A stretch of 64,000 nt of DNA from a bacterium (lineage in GTDB: Bacteria; Patescibacteriota; Minisyncoccia; Phycocordibacterales; UBA9973), in the NCBI GenBank assembly GCA_027484965.1, contig JAIXRY010000015.1, positions 91,807-155,806 of the forward strand, written 5' to 3'. The notes under the pieces are model-generated. The model saw nothing but the letters and a program-made list of their open reading frames with translations. It searched no databases and was not told the origin of the DNA. The position numbers and the translations under genes were made by a program. Below, piece after piece: positions 1 through 10,595 of the stretch (position 1 is its first letter; every line of letters begins with the position of its first letter).

Positions 1-302
1 CAATTTTCATCATTAATAATTTCTTCTTTTTCCTTTTTAACAAGCAAAGTTCTGTCGTAAATACGTTTTTTTTCAAGTTCTAAATCTGATTGCTTATTGC
101 TCCAATACTTCTTTGTTTCCGATAAGTAATGATTTATGTCGGTCACTTGAAGGTGTGAATCTGATAATAATTTTTTTAGAATTTTTATATACAGAGTATG
201 AAGTTCGTCCTTTACTGGCTCCCTTTTGTTTTCTAATGTTTCTTTTGTTAGAAAATACCTAGCATACAACTTGATGGTTAAAGATTCAATGATTGTTTTC
301 AT
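1..302 (-). CDS. hypothetical protein, partial (runs off window start)
   Basis: Manual translation from ATG at 302: MKTIIESLTIKLYARYFLTKE... open to position 1; no motif recognised. Confidence 0.5.
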   Translation of the reverse strand, partial: MKTIIESLTIKLYARYFLTKETLENKREPVKDELHTLYIKILKKLLSDSHLQVTDINHYLSETKKYWSNKQSDLELEKKRIYDRTLLVKKEKEEIINDEN

Positions 303-371
303 TCTTATTTTGTTTTAATTGTTCGTATATACTTTACTATTTTTGTTGATTTTGGTCAAACATGTGAATAT

Positions 372-3300
372 TTACTCAATATTTTTTACAGCCTCTATAA
401 TAATGCTTTTTTCATCATTTTTTAGAGAGACTTTTCCAGCAATTACAATAAGAGCGTCTTCAATAAGTATGGGTGCAAAGTCTTTGTAATTTTTAGGGAA
501 GAGGATTGTTTCAATACTTCCTGTAAGGTCTGTAATACGTACAAAAAGCATATAGTCGTTGTTTTTTGTTGTTATACGTTTAACTTCTTCAACAACACCA
601 CAAACCTTTATTGGGGCGTCTTTTTTGCCTTCTCTTTTAATACTCAAAATACTATTACACTTTGCAAGCTTTTCTTTGTAAGCTTCTAGAGGGTGACCAG
701 AAATATACAAACCAAGCAAATCTTTTTCCCAGGCCAGGCGAGTTTTTAGGTCTATTGGTTCTGTTGGACGAAGTCTTAGTTCTGGTGCAGACATGCCTCC
801 TAGGCCGAATAATGACGTCTGAGAATCACTTTTTTGTGCAAATGCTCTATTGTACTCAAGAAGCGCTTCGCTGTTAGCTAAGAGCAATCCACGCTCACCA
901 AACATATCCATCGCTCCAGCTTTAATGAGTGATTCGAGAGATTTTCTGTTGAGGTTTTTGTGAGTAATACGGTCGAGGAAGTTTCCAATAGAAGAGAAAG
1001 GTCCGTTCTTTTTTCTCTCTTCGATAATAGCGTCAGCAATATCCGTCCCGAGGTTTTTGATTGTGTAGAGTCCAAAACGAATTACTCTTGATTCTTCAAT
1101 AGTCTTATCTTCTTCTTTGATAACAGTAAATACACCAAAAGATTCATTGATATGTGGAGGAAGAACTTTTATTTTCATTCTTTCGCATTCATGAACATAA
1201 ATAGCGATCTGGTCTACATCGCCAGATTCAGCTGTCATACACGCACACATATAAGCAACAGGGAAGTTTGCTTTCATGAAAGCTGTTTGATACGCCACTA
1301 GTCCGTATGAAGCTGAGTGAGCTTTGTTGAAACCGTACGCCGCAAAAGGTTCGATCCATGACCATATTTCTGTAGCTTTCTTTTCACTCCATCCACTTGT
1401 TTTAACACAGCCTTTAATAAACTTTTCTCTTTGAGCTTGCATTTCTGCTGGAATTTTTTTACCAACAGCTTTACGGAATTTATCAACTTCACCCCAAGAA
1501 TACCCAGCCAAATGGTGAGCCATAAGTAGAAGGTCGTCTTGATATACAAGAATTCCATAGGTTGTTTTCAAAATATCTTCAAGTGCAGGGTCAAGATAAC
1601 TAATCAGTGCCGAGTTGTGTTTACGTGCAATATAGTCAGGAATGAATTGCATTGGACCTGGACGATAAAGCGCCACCATCGCATTGATGTCGTGAATTGT
1701 TGAAGGGCGAAGTTCTTTGAGCCATTTAGTCATTCCTGCGCCGTTTAATTGGAAAAGACCTTCTGTTTCTCCACGAGCAAGCATCTTGAAACTTCTTTCG
1801 TCAGCAAGATCTATATCATCAATATCAACTTTTATATTATAAATTTTATCTACGAGTGTGACAGCGTCTTTTAAAATTGAAAGGTTGCGAATACCAAGGA
1901 AGTCGAATTTTGTAAGTCCAGCCCCATCTTCACCCACAGAATACATATCGTACTGAGTAATAAGTTTTCCACCTTTAGGGTCGAACTGTAGAGGAGTATA
2001 GTCTGTAAGATCTGTTGGTCCAATAACAACACCTGCCGCGTGAACAGAGATGTGTCTTGCTCCACCTTCTATCTTTTTGGCCATGTCTATAATAATAGAA
2101 GTCTCACGGTCGTTATCGTACATTTCTTTGAGTTCAGGAACTTCTGCGAGTGCGCGTTCAATTGTCATTGGGAAACCCTGAGCTCCCATGGGAATCATTT
2201 TTGATATTCTATCTCCAACACCGTATGGATATCCGAGAGCACGTGCCACATCACGTACAGATCCACGTGCTGCCATTGTCCCAAAAGTTCCAATTTGTGC
2301 AACTTTTTTTTCTCCGTATTTATGACGCGCATAATCAATAATCTCATCGCGTCTGTTATCGGCGAAGTCCATATCAATATCAGGTGCAGAAGGACGTTCA
2401 GGGTTCAAGAAACGCTCAAAAGGAATGTTGTATAAAAGCGGATTAACTTTTGTAATACCAAGAGTATAAGTAGTCATTGATCCTGCAACAGATCCACGAA
2501 TGTTATAATAAATATCATTTTCTCGTGCGTAGCGGATAAGGTCGTGCACAACCAAAAAGTATGTTGCGTAACCTTTGAAAGCAATAATTCCAAGTTCGTA
2601 TTCCAATCTTTCTTTTGCTTTTTCATCATCTTCAAGCCCTCGAACAGTGAGTCCTTCTACACACAATTCATGAAGACGCATATCGGGTGTTACGTCTGGT
2701 GGTAGAGGGAAAATAGGGAAGACGAATTTACCTAGAGTTAGTTCTAGGTTGCACATATCCGCAACTTTTTTTGTATTTTCGTACGCTCCGGGAATATTTT
2801 CAAATGCTTTTTTAGCTTCTTCTGATGTAATGAAAGAATAATTTCCTTTCATTTTCATTTTATTGCTTTGGACATCTCCTCCTGTATTGATAGCGACAAG
2901 CGTTTCTTGAGCTTCCCAGTCTTCTTTGTGCATGTAGTGAGCGTCCCACGTACCAACTATCGGCAGATCAAATTCTTTTGAAAGTGTTTTTATATCTTCT
3001 ACAACCTTGTCATAACCTTCCATTTCAAAATGCCCCATGACTTCGAGGAAGAAGTTTTCTTTTTCAAATATATCAATAAAACTTTTTACTATTTCACGCC
3101 CTTTTTCTAAGTCACGATTAAATAAAGCTTTTGCAAGTTCACCGCTAGGACAACCAGAAAGACAGATTATTCCTTCACTGTGTGTTTTGAGTATTTCCTT
3201 GTCCATTCTTGGTTTATAATAATATCCATCAATCTGAGATATAGTTACAAGCTTCATCAAATTTTTATACCCTTCAAAATTCTTTGCAAGTAAGGTGAGG

Positions 3301-3566
3301 TGATAGCGCTTATTATCTACTCCTGGTTCTTTGTCTCCTAGATTACGTACAGCCATATATGCTTCAACACCAATGATTGGTTTGATGCCTGCTTTAGTAC
3401 ATTCCATATAAAAATCAATAGCACCATACATTGCGCCGTGATCTGTTAGAGCGATTGCTTCCATCCCGTCTTCTTTTGCTTTTTCCACAAGGTCACTAAT
3501 CTTTGAAAGGCCATCCAAAAGTGAGTAGTGTGAGTGCGTGTGTAGGTGGGTGAATTTTTGGTCCAT
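372..3566 (-). CDS. dnaE: DNA polymerase III alpha subunit
   Basis: PHP motifs HLHTHS/TDHG/DAHY, catalytic PDIDMDF, FNKAHS, C-terminal OB fold. Confidence 0.98.
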   Translation of the reverse strand: MDQKFTHLHTHSHYSLLDGLSKISDLVEKAKEDGMEAIALTDHGAMYGAIDFYMECTKAGIKPIIGVEAYMAVRNLGDKEPGVDNKRYHLTLLAKNFEGYKNLMKLVTISQIDGYYYKPRMDKEILKTHSEGIICLSGCPSGELAKALFNRDLEKGREIVKSFIDIFEKENFFLEVMGHFEMEGYDKVVEDIKTLSKEFDLPIVGTWDAHYMHKEDWEAQETLVAINTGGDVQSNKMKMKGNYSFITSEEAKKAFENIPGAYENTKKVADMCNLELTLGKFVFPIFPLPPDVTPDMRLHELCVEGLTVRGLEDDEKAKERLEYELGIIAFKGYATYFLVVHDLIRYARENDIYYNIRGSVAGSMTTYTLGITKVNPLLYNIPFERFLNPERPSAPDIDMDFADNRRDEIIDYARHKYGEKKVAQIGTFGTMAARGSVRDVARALGYPYGVGDRISKMIPMGAQGFPMTIERALAEVPELKEMYDNDRETSIIIDMAKKIEGGARHISVHAAGVVIGPTDLTDYTPLQFDPKGGKLITQYDMYSVGEDGAGLTKFDFLGIRNLSILKDAVTLVDKIYNIKVDIDDIDLADERSFKMLARGETEGLFQLNGAGMTKWLKELRPSTIHDINAMVALYRPGPMQFIPDYIARKHNSALISYLDPALEDILKTTYGILVYQDDLLLMAHHLAGYSWGEVDKFRKAVGKKIPAEMQAQREKFIKGCVKTSGWSEKKATEIWSWIEPFAAYGFNKAHSASYGLVAYQTAFMKANFPVAYMCACMTAESGDVDQIAIYVHECERMKIKVLPPHINESFGVFTVIKEEDKTIEESRVIRFGLYTIKNLGTDIADAIIEERKKNGPFSSIGNFLDRITHKNLNRKSLESLIKAGAMDMFGERGLLLANSEALLEYNRAFAQKSDSQTSLFGLGGMSAPELRLRPTEPIDLKTRLAWEKDLLGLYISGHPLEAYKEKLAKCNSILSIKREGKKDAPIKVCGVVEEVKRITTKNNDYMLFVRITDLTGSIETILFPKNYKDFAPILIEDALIVIAGKVSLKNDEKSIIIEAVKNIE

Positions 3567-3659
3567 GTTTTTACATTATAACAATATTGCTGATATATAA
3601 AAATCTTTTTTAAATATTGATTTTTTAGGAATTTATTGTTGTTTTGTTATACTGTGATA

Positions 3660-4268
3660 ATGCAATATATTGTTGGTATTGATGAAGTAGGAAGGGGGCC
3701 TATTGCTGGTCCTGTGGCTGTGTGTGCTTTTTTGGTAAGCAATGATTTTCAAAAAGAAGTAGAAGAATTTTCTAAAAAAAATAAGCTCCCCATTCGTGAC
3801 TCAAAAAAACTCACCGAAAAAATGCGTGATAGATGGTATGAATTTTTAATTAAAAGTAAAAAAGAAGGGAAGTGTGATTTTTCTGTCTCTCTTGTGTCTG
3901 CAAGTGATATAGACTCGCATGGAATAGTTCCTGCAATCAAAAAGGCACTTACGACTTCTTTAAAAAAAGTCGCAATAGATACTTCTGTAAAGATTGTTTT
4001 GGATGGAGGGTTGAAAGCACCTAGTGAATATACAAATCAAGAAAGTTTTATAAAAGGGGATGAATTATATCCTGTAATCTCTCTTGCTTCAATTGTGGCA
4101 AAAGTTTCTCGAGATACGCTGATGAAAAAGTATGCCAAAGAATTCTCAGAATATGGATTTGATAATAATGCAGGCTATGGGACAAAAGCTCATTATGAAG
4201 CAATACAAAAATACGGCCTAACTACACTTCATAGGAAGACTTTTCTTAGAAAGATAAAAATAGTATAA
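3660..4268 (+). CDS. rnhB: ribonuclease HII
   Basis: GIDEVGRGP, DSKKL, ASIVAKVSRD, GYGT; start reassigned to ATG 3660. Confidence 0.96.
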   Translation: MQYIVGIDEVGRGPIAGPVAVCAFLVSNDFQKEVEEFSKKNKLPIRDSKKLTEKMRDRWYEFLIKSKKEGKCDFSVSLVSASDIDSHGIVPAIKKALTTSLKKVAIDTSVKIVLDGGLKAPSEYTNQESFIKGDELYPVISLASIVAKVSRDTLMKKYAKEFSEYGFDNNAGYGTKAHYEAIQKYGLTTLHRKTFLRKIKIV

Positions 4269-4276
4269 TATGTTTT

Positions 4277-4915
4277 ATGAAAAAAATAATTAGTTTCTTA
4301 ATAGTTTTTCTTGTTTCTGCAAATATTTCTTTTGCAAGTACTAATAATATTCCACAAACAATTTTTACTGACACAGTGACTACAGGTAAGCAAAAAAGTG
4401 TAATATTTAATGGACATATAGATACAAATACTGGCTACCTAGGTACAACTGTTGGTCCAAATTTCTATTTCGAATATGGTACTGATATTAATAAATATAC
4501 AAAGACTAATTCTCAGACAATCAATGAGGGTGTTGATGGAAAATTTTCTGCAACAGTTACAGGACTTAAAAAGAATACACTTTATTATTATAGATTTGTT
4601 CAAGAAACAGGAAGTACTATGAATTCAGAAATAATAAAAACTGGAGGAGAACTACGTATTTTTTATCTTACAAAAAGTAATAAGGTAGAAATACTCAATC
4701 TTTGTTCTATTACAAAAAATATTCGTTTTGGTTCTAAGGATAGTGGTCAAGTTTATTTGTTGCAAAAATTCCTTAATGAAGCAAACGTTCTCTCTGCTCG
4801 TCCTGATGGAAATTTTGGTCCAAAAACTCTTGTTGCATGGAAGAAATATCAAAAAGACAGTGGAATAAAAAAGATATCAGATCTGAATTTTTGCGGTCAG
4901 AATCATGGAATGTAA
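4277..4915 (+). CDS. secreted protein with FN3-like domain and C-terminal peptidoglycan-binding-like domain
   Basis: Signal peptide; YFEYG...VTGLKKNTLYYYRF; LQKFLN...DGNFGPKT...KKYQ. Confidence 0.7.
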   Translation: MKKIISFLIVFLVSANISFASTNNIPQTIFTDTVTTGKQKSVIFNGHIDTNTGYLGTTVGPNFYFEYGTDINKYTKTNSQTINEGVDGKFSATVTGLKKNTLYYYRFVQETGSTMNSEIIKTGGELRIFYLTKSNKVEILNLCSITKNIRFGSKDSGQVYLLQKFLNEANVLSARPDGNFGPKTLVAWKKYQKDSGIKKISDLNFCGQNHGM

Positions 4916-4919
4916 TTAA

Positions 4920-4973
4920 AATAATAAATAGAAAAAAACACCCTTAAAAGGGTGTTTTTTTCTATTTATTATT
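4920..4973. terminator. bidirectional intrinsic terminator, ~25-bp perfect inverted repeat
   Basis: aataataaatagaaaaaaacaccct / agggtgtttttttctatttattatt between convergent genes. Confidence 0.85.
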
Positions 4974-5813
4974 CAAATATATTTTATAATCAACTTCTTT
5001 TTTGCCTTCAGTGATAACTTTTTGTATTTCAATATTTTCTTCATCAAAAGACATTTCTGTAATTTTTACTCTTTTATTATTTTTATCAAAGTAGAATATT
5101 CCAGGCCATGGAGTGTAGGCGCGAAATTTGTTCCAAATTTCGCGCCCTTTGTCGCTCAGCTTTACTTCACCATTTTCCCTTTTGAGTTTGTGAGTGAACG
5201 TTGCCTCACTGTGATTCTGCTCTTTTCTTTCAGGGAAGTCTTTTGTTAGATTTGGAATAATATCTGCGAGTATTTCTCCACCACGAGTAAAGAGTGTTTT
5301 TGCTAATGTTTCACTATTGTCTTTGTCCTTTATCTCGTATGTTTCTTGATAGATAATCGGTCCATGATCTATGTCTTTGTCGAGTTCCATAATGCTTACA
5401 CCTGTTATTCTATCATTTGATAGAAAAGGGAATTCTATAGGACTTGGTCCGCGATATCTTGGTAGAAGGGAAGGGTGTACATTTATGGTGCCCAAACTAG
5501 ATAAATCAAGAAGTTTTTCTGGAAGAATTTTTCCATATGCTGCAACAACAAACAAATCGAAAAAAGTTTTTTTGATTTCTTCTATTGCTTCATCATTTAT
5601 TTTATTTGGCTGAAATACTTTAATATTGTTTTCTATTGCCCAAACTTTTGTCTGAGGAGGAGTCATTATCTGATGTCTTCCGACTTTTTTATCTGGAGAA
5701 CATACCACAAGTTCAGGTAATATGTTTTTTGATTTTAGAGAATCTAAAACATACACCGCTTCTTGAGGTGTACCGAAAAATACAAATTTTTTAGTGTTGA
5801 TGTTCTGGTTCAT
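4962..5813 (-). CDS. fmt: methionyl-tRNA formyltransferase
   Basis: FFGTP, AAYGKIL, NVHPSLLPRYRGPSP, D.GPI, PWPG; adjacent to def. Confidence 0.96.
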   Translation of the reverse strand: MNQNINTKKFVFFGTPQEAVYVLDSLKSKNILPELVVCSPDKKVGRHQIMTPPQTKVWAIENNIKVFQPNKINDEAIEEIKKTFFDLFVVAAYGKILPEKLLDLSSLGTINVHPSLLPRYRGPSPIEFPFLSNDRITGVSIMELDKDIDHGPIIYQETYEIKDKDNSETLAKTLFTRGGEILADIIPNLTKDFPERKEQNHSEATFTHKLKRENGEVKLSDKGREIWNKFRAYTPWPGIFYFDKNNKRVKITEMSFDEENIEIQKVITEGKKEVDYKIYLNNK

Positions 5814-6300
5814 GAGCTTCTATGTCTTTTGCTTTACTGTCGAACAATATACCGTTTAGGTGATCTGCTTCATGTTGGAATATATGAGCAAGCATTCCTC
5901 CTGACGTCTCTGTGAATTTTTCACCATGTTCGTCATACGCTTCGATTGTTACATTGGTATGTCTTTGGACTGTTCCATAGAGCCATCTTACAGATAGACA
6001 TCCTTCACCTTTTTTCCAAGATTTTTTATTAGATAATTTTGTAAAAATAGGATTTATATATATTCTATCAGCTTTTATCGGACCATTCTTTTTTGTGAAG
6101 AGTCTTCCAGAAACAATAAAAATACGAGAAGATACTCCAATTTGAGGTGCCGCAATAGCAAGACCATCATCTTGGCTTTCTAATGCTTCTTTCATGTCTC
6201 TTATTATTCCTTGCACTTTCTCGCTTGTGATTTCTTCAACAGCTACAGGTAATGCTTCTTTTGAGAGTGCAGGGTGTCCTTTTTGTACAATCTCTATCAT
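5791..6300 (-). CDS. def: peptide deformylase
   Basis: GLAIAAPQIG, EGCLS, QHEADHLNG. Confidence 0.97.
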   Translation of the reverse strand: MIEIVQKGHPALSKEALPVAVEEITSEKVQGIIRDMKEALESQDDGLAIAAPQIGVSSRIFIVSGRLFTKKNGPIKADRIYINPIFTKLSNKKSWKKGEGCLSVRWLYGTVQRHTNVTIEAYDEHGEKFTETSGGMLAHIFQHEADHLNGILFDSKAKDIEAHEPEHQH

Positions 6301-6303
6301 AAA

Positions 6304-7596
6304 TTACTTTAATTTCTTTAAGTAGTCTAGTAGTTTTTCAAGTGGAACCGTTTCTTGAGAACGAGTTTGCATATCACGAACAATTACAGAATTTTCGAGA
6401 GCTTCTTTTTGTCCAAATATGAGAGCATAAGGAATGCCAATTTTTTCGGCAACACCAAGTTGAGCACTAAGACCGTCTTTTGATAGTGCTTGATGAATAG
6501 GAATGTGAGCTTTTCTTAGTATTTCAATAACGCTAAGAGATTTTAATTTTGCTTCAGCGCCGAGTTGAATGAAGTAATATTTTGGAGCTTTCATTATACG
6601 AGGAGAAAGCTTTTTGTACCAAGGCATAGATACTACACGGTCAACACCAAGAGCCATACCTATTGCAGGTACATCTTTCTTACTCCCAATTTGTTTTGCC
6701 AGGTAGTCGTATCTTCCACCTCCGGCAATTGTAATAGATTCTTCACCTTCTGTTTGAATTACTTCGAACACTGTACGAGTATAATAAGAAAGTCCTCTTA
6801 CAAGATTTTTATTTATTGTGTAAGGAATATCCATTTCATCCAAGTGTTCAAGAACTTCTTTCAAGTGTTTTTTACATGGACCACAGAGAGAAGATACTGA
6901 TTCTGGGGCGTTCTCATTAATCTCTTTTGTCTTTAGATCTTTTGAATCTAGAATTCTTAGAGGATTTGTTTTTAATCTCTCTTTATCGATTGCAGGTAGC
7001 TTGTCTAAGTGTTTTTTGTAGTAATTTGTAAGTTCGCGAATATATGTATTACGACAATCTTTGTCACCAATAGAGTTGATATCAACAGAGAGATTTTTTG
7101 CTCCAGCTTCTTCGAGTATTACCATTGTTGCTTTAATAACAAGAGCGTCCATGATAGCTTTCTCACTTCCAAGAACGTCAAGGTCAAATTGATAAAACTG
7201 TCGATAACGACCTTTTTGAGGATTGTCGTGACGGAAAGATGGTCCATATTGATAGAACATTAAAGGTTGTGGAAGATTGTTCATTCCATTTGAAATGTAT
7301 GAACGCATAAGTGAGGCAGTGTGTTCTGGACGTAGGGCGAGTTTGTCACCACCTTTTGTACGAAGACTATACATCTCTTTGTCTATCACATCGGTTCCTT
7401 CACCAATAGACGTCGTAAAAACAGACTCGAATTCGAGAACAGGTGTTTCTATTGGCTTAAATCCGTAATAGACTGCGACTTCTTGAGCTTTTTCAAAAAA
7501 GCCTTGAAACTCATAATATTCTTCATTCATTATATCTCGCATTCCTTTTGGATTTGCTAGCTCATCTTTTTTTGCAGTTTTCTTTGCGGTACTCAT
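6304..7596 (-). CDS. hisS: histidine--tRNA ligase
   Basis: PKGMRD, LRPEHT, QKGRYRQF, LVRGLSYYT, GGGRYD. Confidence 0.97.
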   Translation of the reverse strand: MSTAKKTAKKDELANPKGMRDIMNEEYYEFQGFFEKAQEVAVYYGFKPIETPVLEFESVFTTSIGEGTDVIDKEMYSLRTKGGDKLALRPEHTASLMRSYISNGMNNLPQPLMFYQYGPSFRHDNPQKGRYRQFYQFDLDVLGSEKAIMDALVIKATMVILEEAGAKNLSVDINSIGDKDCRNTYIRELTNYYKKHLDKLPAIDKERLKTNPLRILDSKDLKTKEINENAPESVSSLCGPCKKHLKEVLEHLDEMDIPYTINKNLVRGLSYYTRTVFEVIQTEGEESITIAGGGRYDYLAKQIGSKKDVPAIGMALGVDRVVSMPWYKKLSPRIMKAPKYYFIQLGAEAKLKSLSVIEILRKAHIPIHQALSKDGLSAQLGVAEKIGIPYALIFGQKEALENSVIVRDMQTRSQETVPLEKLLDYLKKLK

Positions 7597-7597
7597 A

Positions 7598-8194
7598 TTA
7601 TTTTGAATTTGTTAGTGATTGATCAAATTTTCCCGGTAGGAAATTTATTGATTTTGGAGGATAGAGTCTAACCAAGGCTCTCCCAACCATATCTCTTTTT
7701 GGAAGGAAACCCCAATTACGTGAATCATAAGAAGCTGTTCTGTTATCTCCCATAACAAAGTATTGATCTTCTGGGACTGTGAATAGTAGGTTATTGTCAT
7801 TTCCTTTGTTCTCTACATAAGGTTCATCTATTACTACACCCAAAGGGTGTTTACTGTTTGAAATTTTTACCTCACTTCCATTGATTGAGATAGTGTCACC
7901 AGGTAGTCCAATAAGACGCTTGATAAAATATTTACTTTCATCCATTGGTGGTTTTATAACAACAACGTCACCGCGTGATGGATTGCCTGTTAGATATGAT
8001 ATTTGGTCGACAATAAGATAGTCACCATTGTGAAATGTTGGGAACATTGATAAACCGTCTACTATGAATGGCTTTGCAATGTACATGCGAATAGGAATTA
8101 CGATTAAAAGTGAAATAATAATGAAGCGCAAAACATCACGCCAATCTTCTTTCTTTTCTACTTTTTCCTCAACAATTTCTTGGGTTTTTTCCAT
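7598..8194 (-). CDS. lepB: signal peptidase I
   Basis: TM then SMFPT, IKRLIGLPGD, GDNR.ASYDSR. Confidence 0.96.
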   Translation of the reverse strand: MEKTQEIVEEKVEKKEDWRDVLRFIIISLLIVIPIRMYIAKPFIVDGLSMFPTFHNGDYLIVDQISYLTGNPSRGDVVVIKPPMDESKYFIKRLIGLPGDTISINGSEVKISNSKHPLGVVIDEPYVENKGNDNNLLFTVPEDQYFVMGDNRTASYDSRNWGFLPKRDMVGRALVRLYPPKSINFLPGKFDQSLTNSK

Positions 8195-8275
8195 ATATTC
8201 CCACCATTATACAAGAAAAAAACATTCGACACAAATTACATATTTTTTTATATTGTGTGTTAAAATTTAAAAATC

Positions 8276-8833
8276 ATGTATACAATCATAGGACTCGGGA
8301 ATCCGGGAAGTGAATATAAAAATACTCGTCACAATGTGGCTTGGATTCTTGTTGATAAGGCTTTTTCTGACATAGAATTCGAAAAGAATAAATATGTAAA
8401 TTCTCTTGTTGCAAGAGCAAATATTGGAGAGGGAATACTGTTTGTTAAGCCAGAAACATTTATGAATGATTCCGGGAGTGTTATATCTCTTTTGCAAAAA
8501 CAATATGAAATTGATTTAGAAAAATTAGTTGTTGTTCAAGATGATATTGATTTACCCCTTGGAACTATTCGTATTTCTTATGATAGAGGGAGTGGAGGGC
8601 ATAATGGAATAAAATCTATTATTGAACACTATGGTGGAAAGAATTTCATCCGAGTGCGCGTAGGTGTAGCGATCACTGATGAGGGTGGAAAACTTCGCAA
8701 ACCAGACGTTATGGGGAATTTTTCAGAATCTGAATCAGAGGCGCTCGCTATACTCACCCCTCACTTCTACAAAGTAATTGAGACTATTGTTGTAGAAGGA
8801 AAAGAGAAAGCAATGAATCTATATAATCAATAA
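8276..8833 (+). CDS. pth: peptidyl-tRNA hydrolase
   Basis: GLGNPG..Y..TRHN, KPETFMNDSG, GGHNGIKS. Confidence 0.97.
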   Translation: MYTIIGLGNPGSEYKNTRHNVAWILVDKAFSDIEFEKNKYVNSLVARANIGEGILFVKPETFMNDSGSVISLLQKQYEIDLEKLVVVQDDIDLPLGTIRISYDRGSGGHNGIKSIIEHYGGKNFIRVRVGVAITDEGGKLRKPDVMGNFSESESEALAILTPHFYKVIETIVVEGKEKAMNLYNQ

Positions 8834-8873
8834 TTTTTAATATAATTTTTTTTATTTTGAATTTATAGAAAAT

Positions 8874-8907
8874 TAAATAGCGGGACCCCGAAGGGTCCCG
8901 CTATTTA
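8874..8907. terminator. bidirectional terminator hairpin
   Basis: taaatagcgggaccc-cgaa-gggtcccgctattta between convergent pth and rpsA. Confidence 0.85.
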
Positions 8908-8915
8908 TGTTTTGA

Positions 8916-9965
8916 TTACTTATTCTCTACGAGTGTAAGTGTCATCTTTTGTTCTTTTGGTTCAAACAATGTAACTGTGAAGTCATATGTTTTTCCTAGA
9001 GAAAGATGTTTTTTGAGTTCTGCATCTCCACCAAATGAAGAGTTGTGTACTAGACCAGCAACACCTTCTTTGATTGATACGAGAGCACCGTGTTTGTTGT
9101 ATTTGATAACAACACCTGAGATTGTATCTCCTTTTTTGAGTTTACCTTCGAATGATGTCCAAGGGTTTTCTTTAAGAGCTTTGATAGAAAGAGAAACTTT
9201 TCCTTCTTTGATATCAATAACTTTTGCTTGAACTTTGTCACCGATTTTGAACATTTGGCGAGGATCTTCTACTAGACCCCAATCGATTTCTGAGATGTGA
9301 ACAAGTCCTTCTAGACCTTCTTCAACTTTCAAGAATACTCCGAAATCAACAAGTCCTGCAACAGTTGTAGTAACTTCGTCACCGATATTGTATTTTCCAA
9401 CCATTTCTTGGCGTTCTCCAGAATCAGATTCTTTTTCTGAGAAGATAAGTTTACCTTCTTTTGAGAGAGCTGAAATGATAGTAACAGAAAGAGATTGTCC
9501 AACGAGTTTCTTCAATTCTTTCAAGATTTTATCTTTATCTGAATCAAGAACACGAGGGTAGTGATCTGCTTTCAATTGTGATGCAGGAAGGAATCCTGGA
9601 ATACCTTGCCATTCAAGGATAAGACCACCTTTGTTTGCTTCTTTAACGATTAAGTCGATAGGAAGTTTTGCTTTGATAGCTTTTTCAGCTTCACTCCAAA
9701 TGAGGGCTTGTTTTGCTTCTTTCAAAGAAAGTTCAACATAACCTTCTTCGTTTTCGATATCTACTACTTTTGCTTTGATTGTATCTCCAAGATTAATCTT
9801 GCGGATAATATCACGAGCGTTTATAAATTCACGTCCATAGATGATACCTGTTCCTTGTGGTCCAAGATCAACATAAACTGATGATTTTTGAATTGATATA
9901 ACTGGTCCTTCGACTAATGCGTCAAGAACTGGTTTATCCATTATTTTTTCTGCAAATTGTTTCAT
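8916..9965 (-). CDS. rpsA: 30S ribosomal protein S1 (four S1 domains)
   Basis: Repeated S1 motifs (GFLPASQL, FGVF...EGLVHISEI, GLVHNS); probable ATG at 9965. Confidence 0.88.
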   Translation of the reverse strand: MKQFAEKIMDKPVLDALVEGPVISIQKSSVYVDLGPQGTGIIYGREFINARDIIRKINLGDTIKAKVVDIENEEGYVELSLKEAKQALIWSEAEKAIKAKLPIDLIVKEANKGGLILEWQGIPGFLPASQLKADHYPRVLDSDKDKILKELKKLVGQSLSVTIISALSKEGKLIFSEKESDSGERQEMVGKYNIGDEVTTTVAGLVDFGVFLKVEEGLEGLVHISEIDWGLVEDPRQMFKIGDKVQAKVIDIKEGKVSLSIKALKENPWTSFEGKLKKGDTISGVVIKYNKHGALVSIKEGVAGLVHNSSFGGDAELKKHLSLGKTYDFTVTLFEPKEQKMTLTLVENK

Positions 9966-10111
9966 ATTGGTATAAAAAATACCGCACATACTGCGGTGTA
10001 ATTGATTTCCTGGAGTTTATAAGTCAAAAAGGGATTCCGGGGGTTATTTCAATTACGACTTGGTAATAGAGAAATTCTATCACAAACCCGTTTGTTTTGC
10101 AATAAAATAGA

Positions 10112-10140
10112 TTGACCTATTAGATTAAAAACTGTATAAT
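10112..10140 (+). promoter_or_regulatory. sigma70-type promoter
   Basis: ttgacc (10112) - 17 nt - tataat (10135). Confidence 0.6.
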
Positions 10141-10169
10141 GCATTACGGACAATTAAAATAAAATAAAA

Positions 10170-10514
10170 ATGAAAAAACAAGCTCAACAACCATTTAACT
10201 TAAAATTTTGTGTGTTAAATTCATACAGAAAATTAAAAGAATTAAATGAAAAGATTGCTTATCAATTTGCAGAACAAGTTGGATTAATCCATAAAGCTTA
10301 CAAAAAAATGATTACTGCTTTAGATAAGACGATTATTCTACCTGAACTATCTCACATTAGTCTCAAAGACAAAATTTCTTTTTTTGAAGAAAAAATGAGA
10401 GAGTTTAGTGCTTGGGCACAAGCGTCAATTGAAGCAACTTTTGATTTGTTGCTTTCTCTTGCAACAAAAAATAAAGACACTTCTGTTTTGGTATTTATTC
10501 CAATAGTGAAATAA
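10170..10514 (+). CDS. hypothetical protein
   Basis: 114-aa ORF with upstream TTGACC-17-TATAAT promoter and downstream terminator. Confidence 0.6.
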   Translation: MKKQAQQPFNLKFCVLNSYRKLKELNEKIAYQFAEQVGLIHKAYKKMITALDKTIILPELSHISLKDKISFFEEKMREFSAWAQASIEATFDLLLSLATKNKDTSVLVFIPIVK

Positions 10515-10523
10515 AACCAAATT

Positions 10524-10560
10524 AAAGCCGAATTTTCCCTTTGGGAAAATTCGGCTTTTT
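10524..10560 (+). terminator. intrinsic terminator
   Basis: aaagccgaattttccc-ttt-gggaaaattcggcttttt. Confidence 0.8.
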
Positions 10561-10595
10561 CTTTTTCTCTAAAAATTTGTTAGAATACATATATT

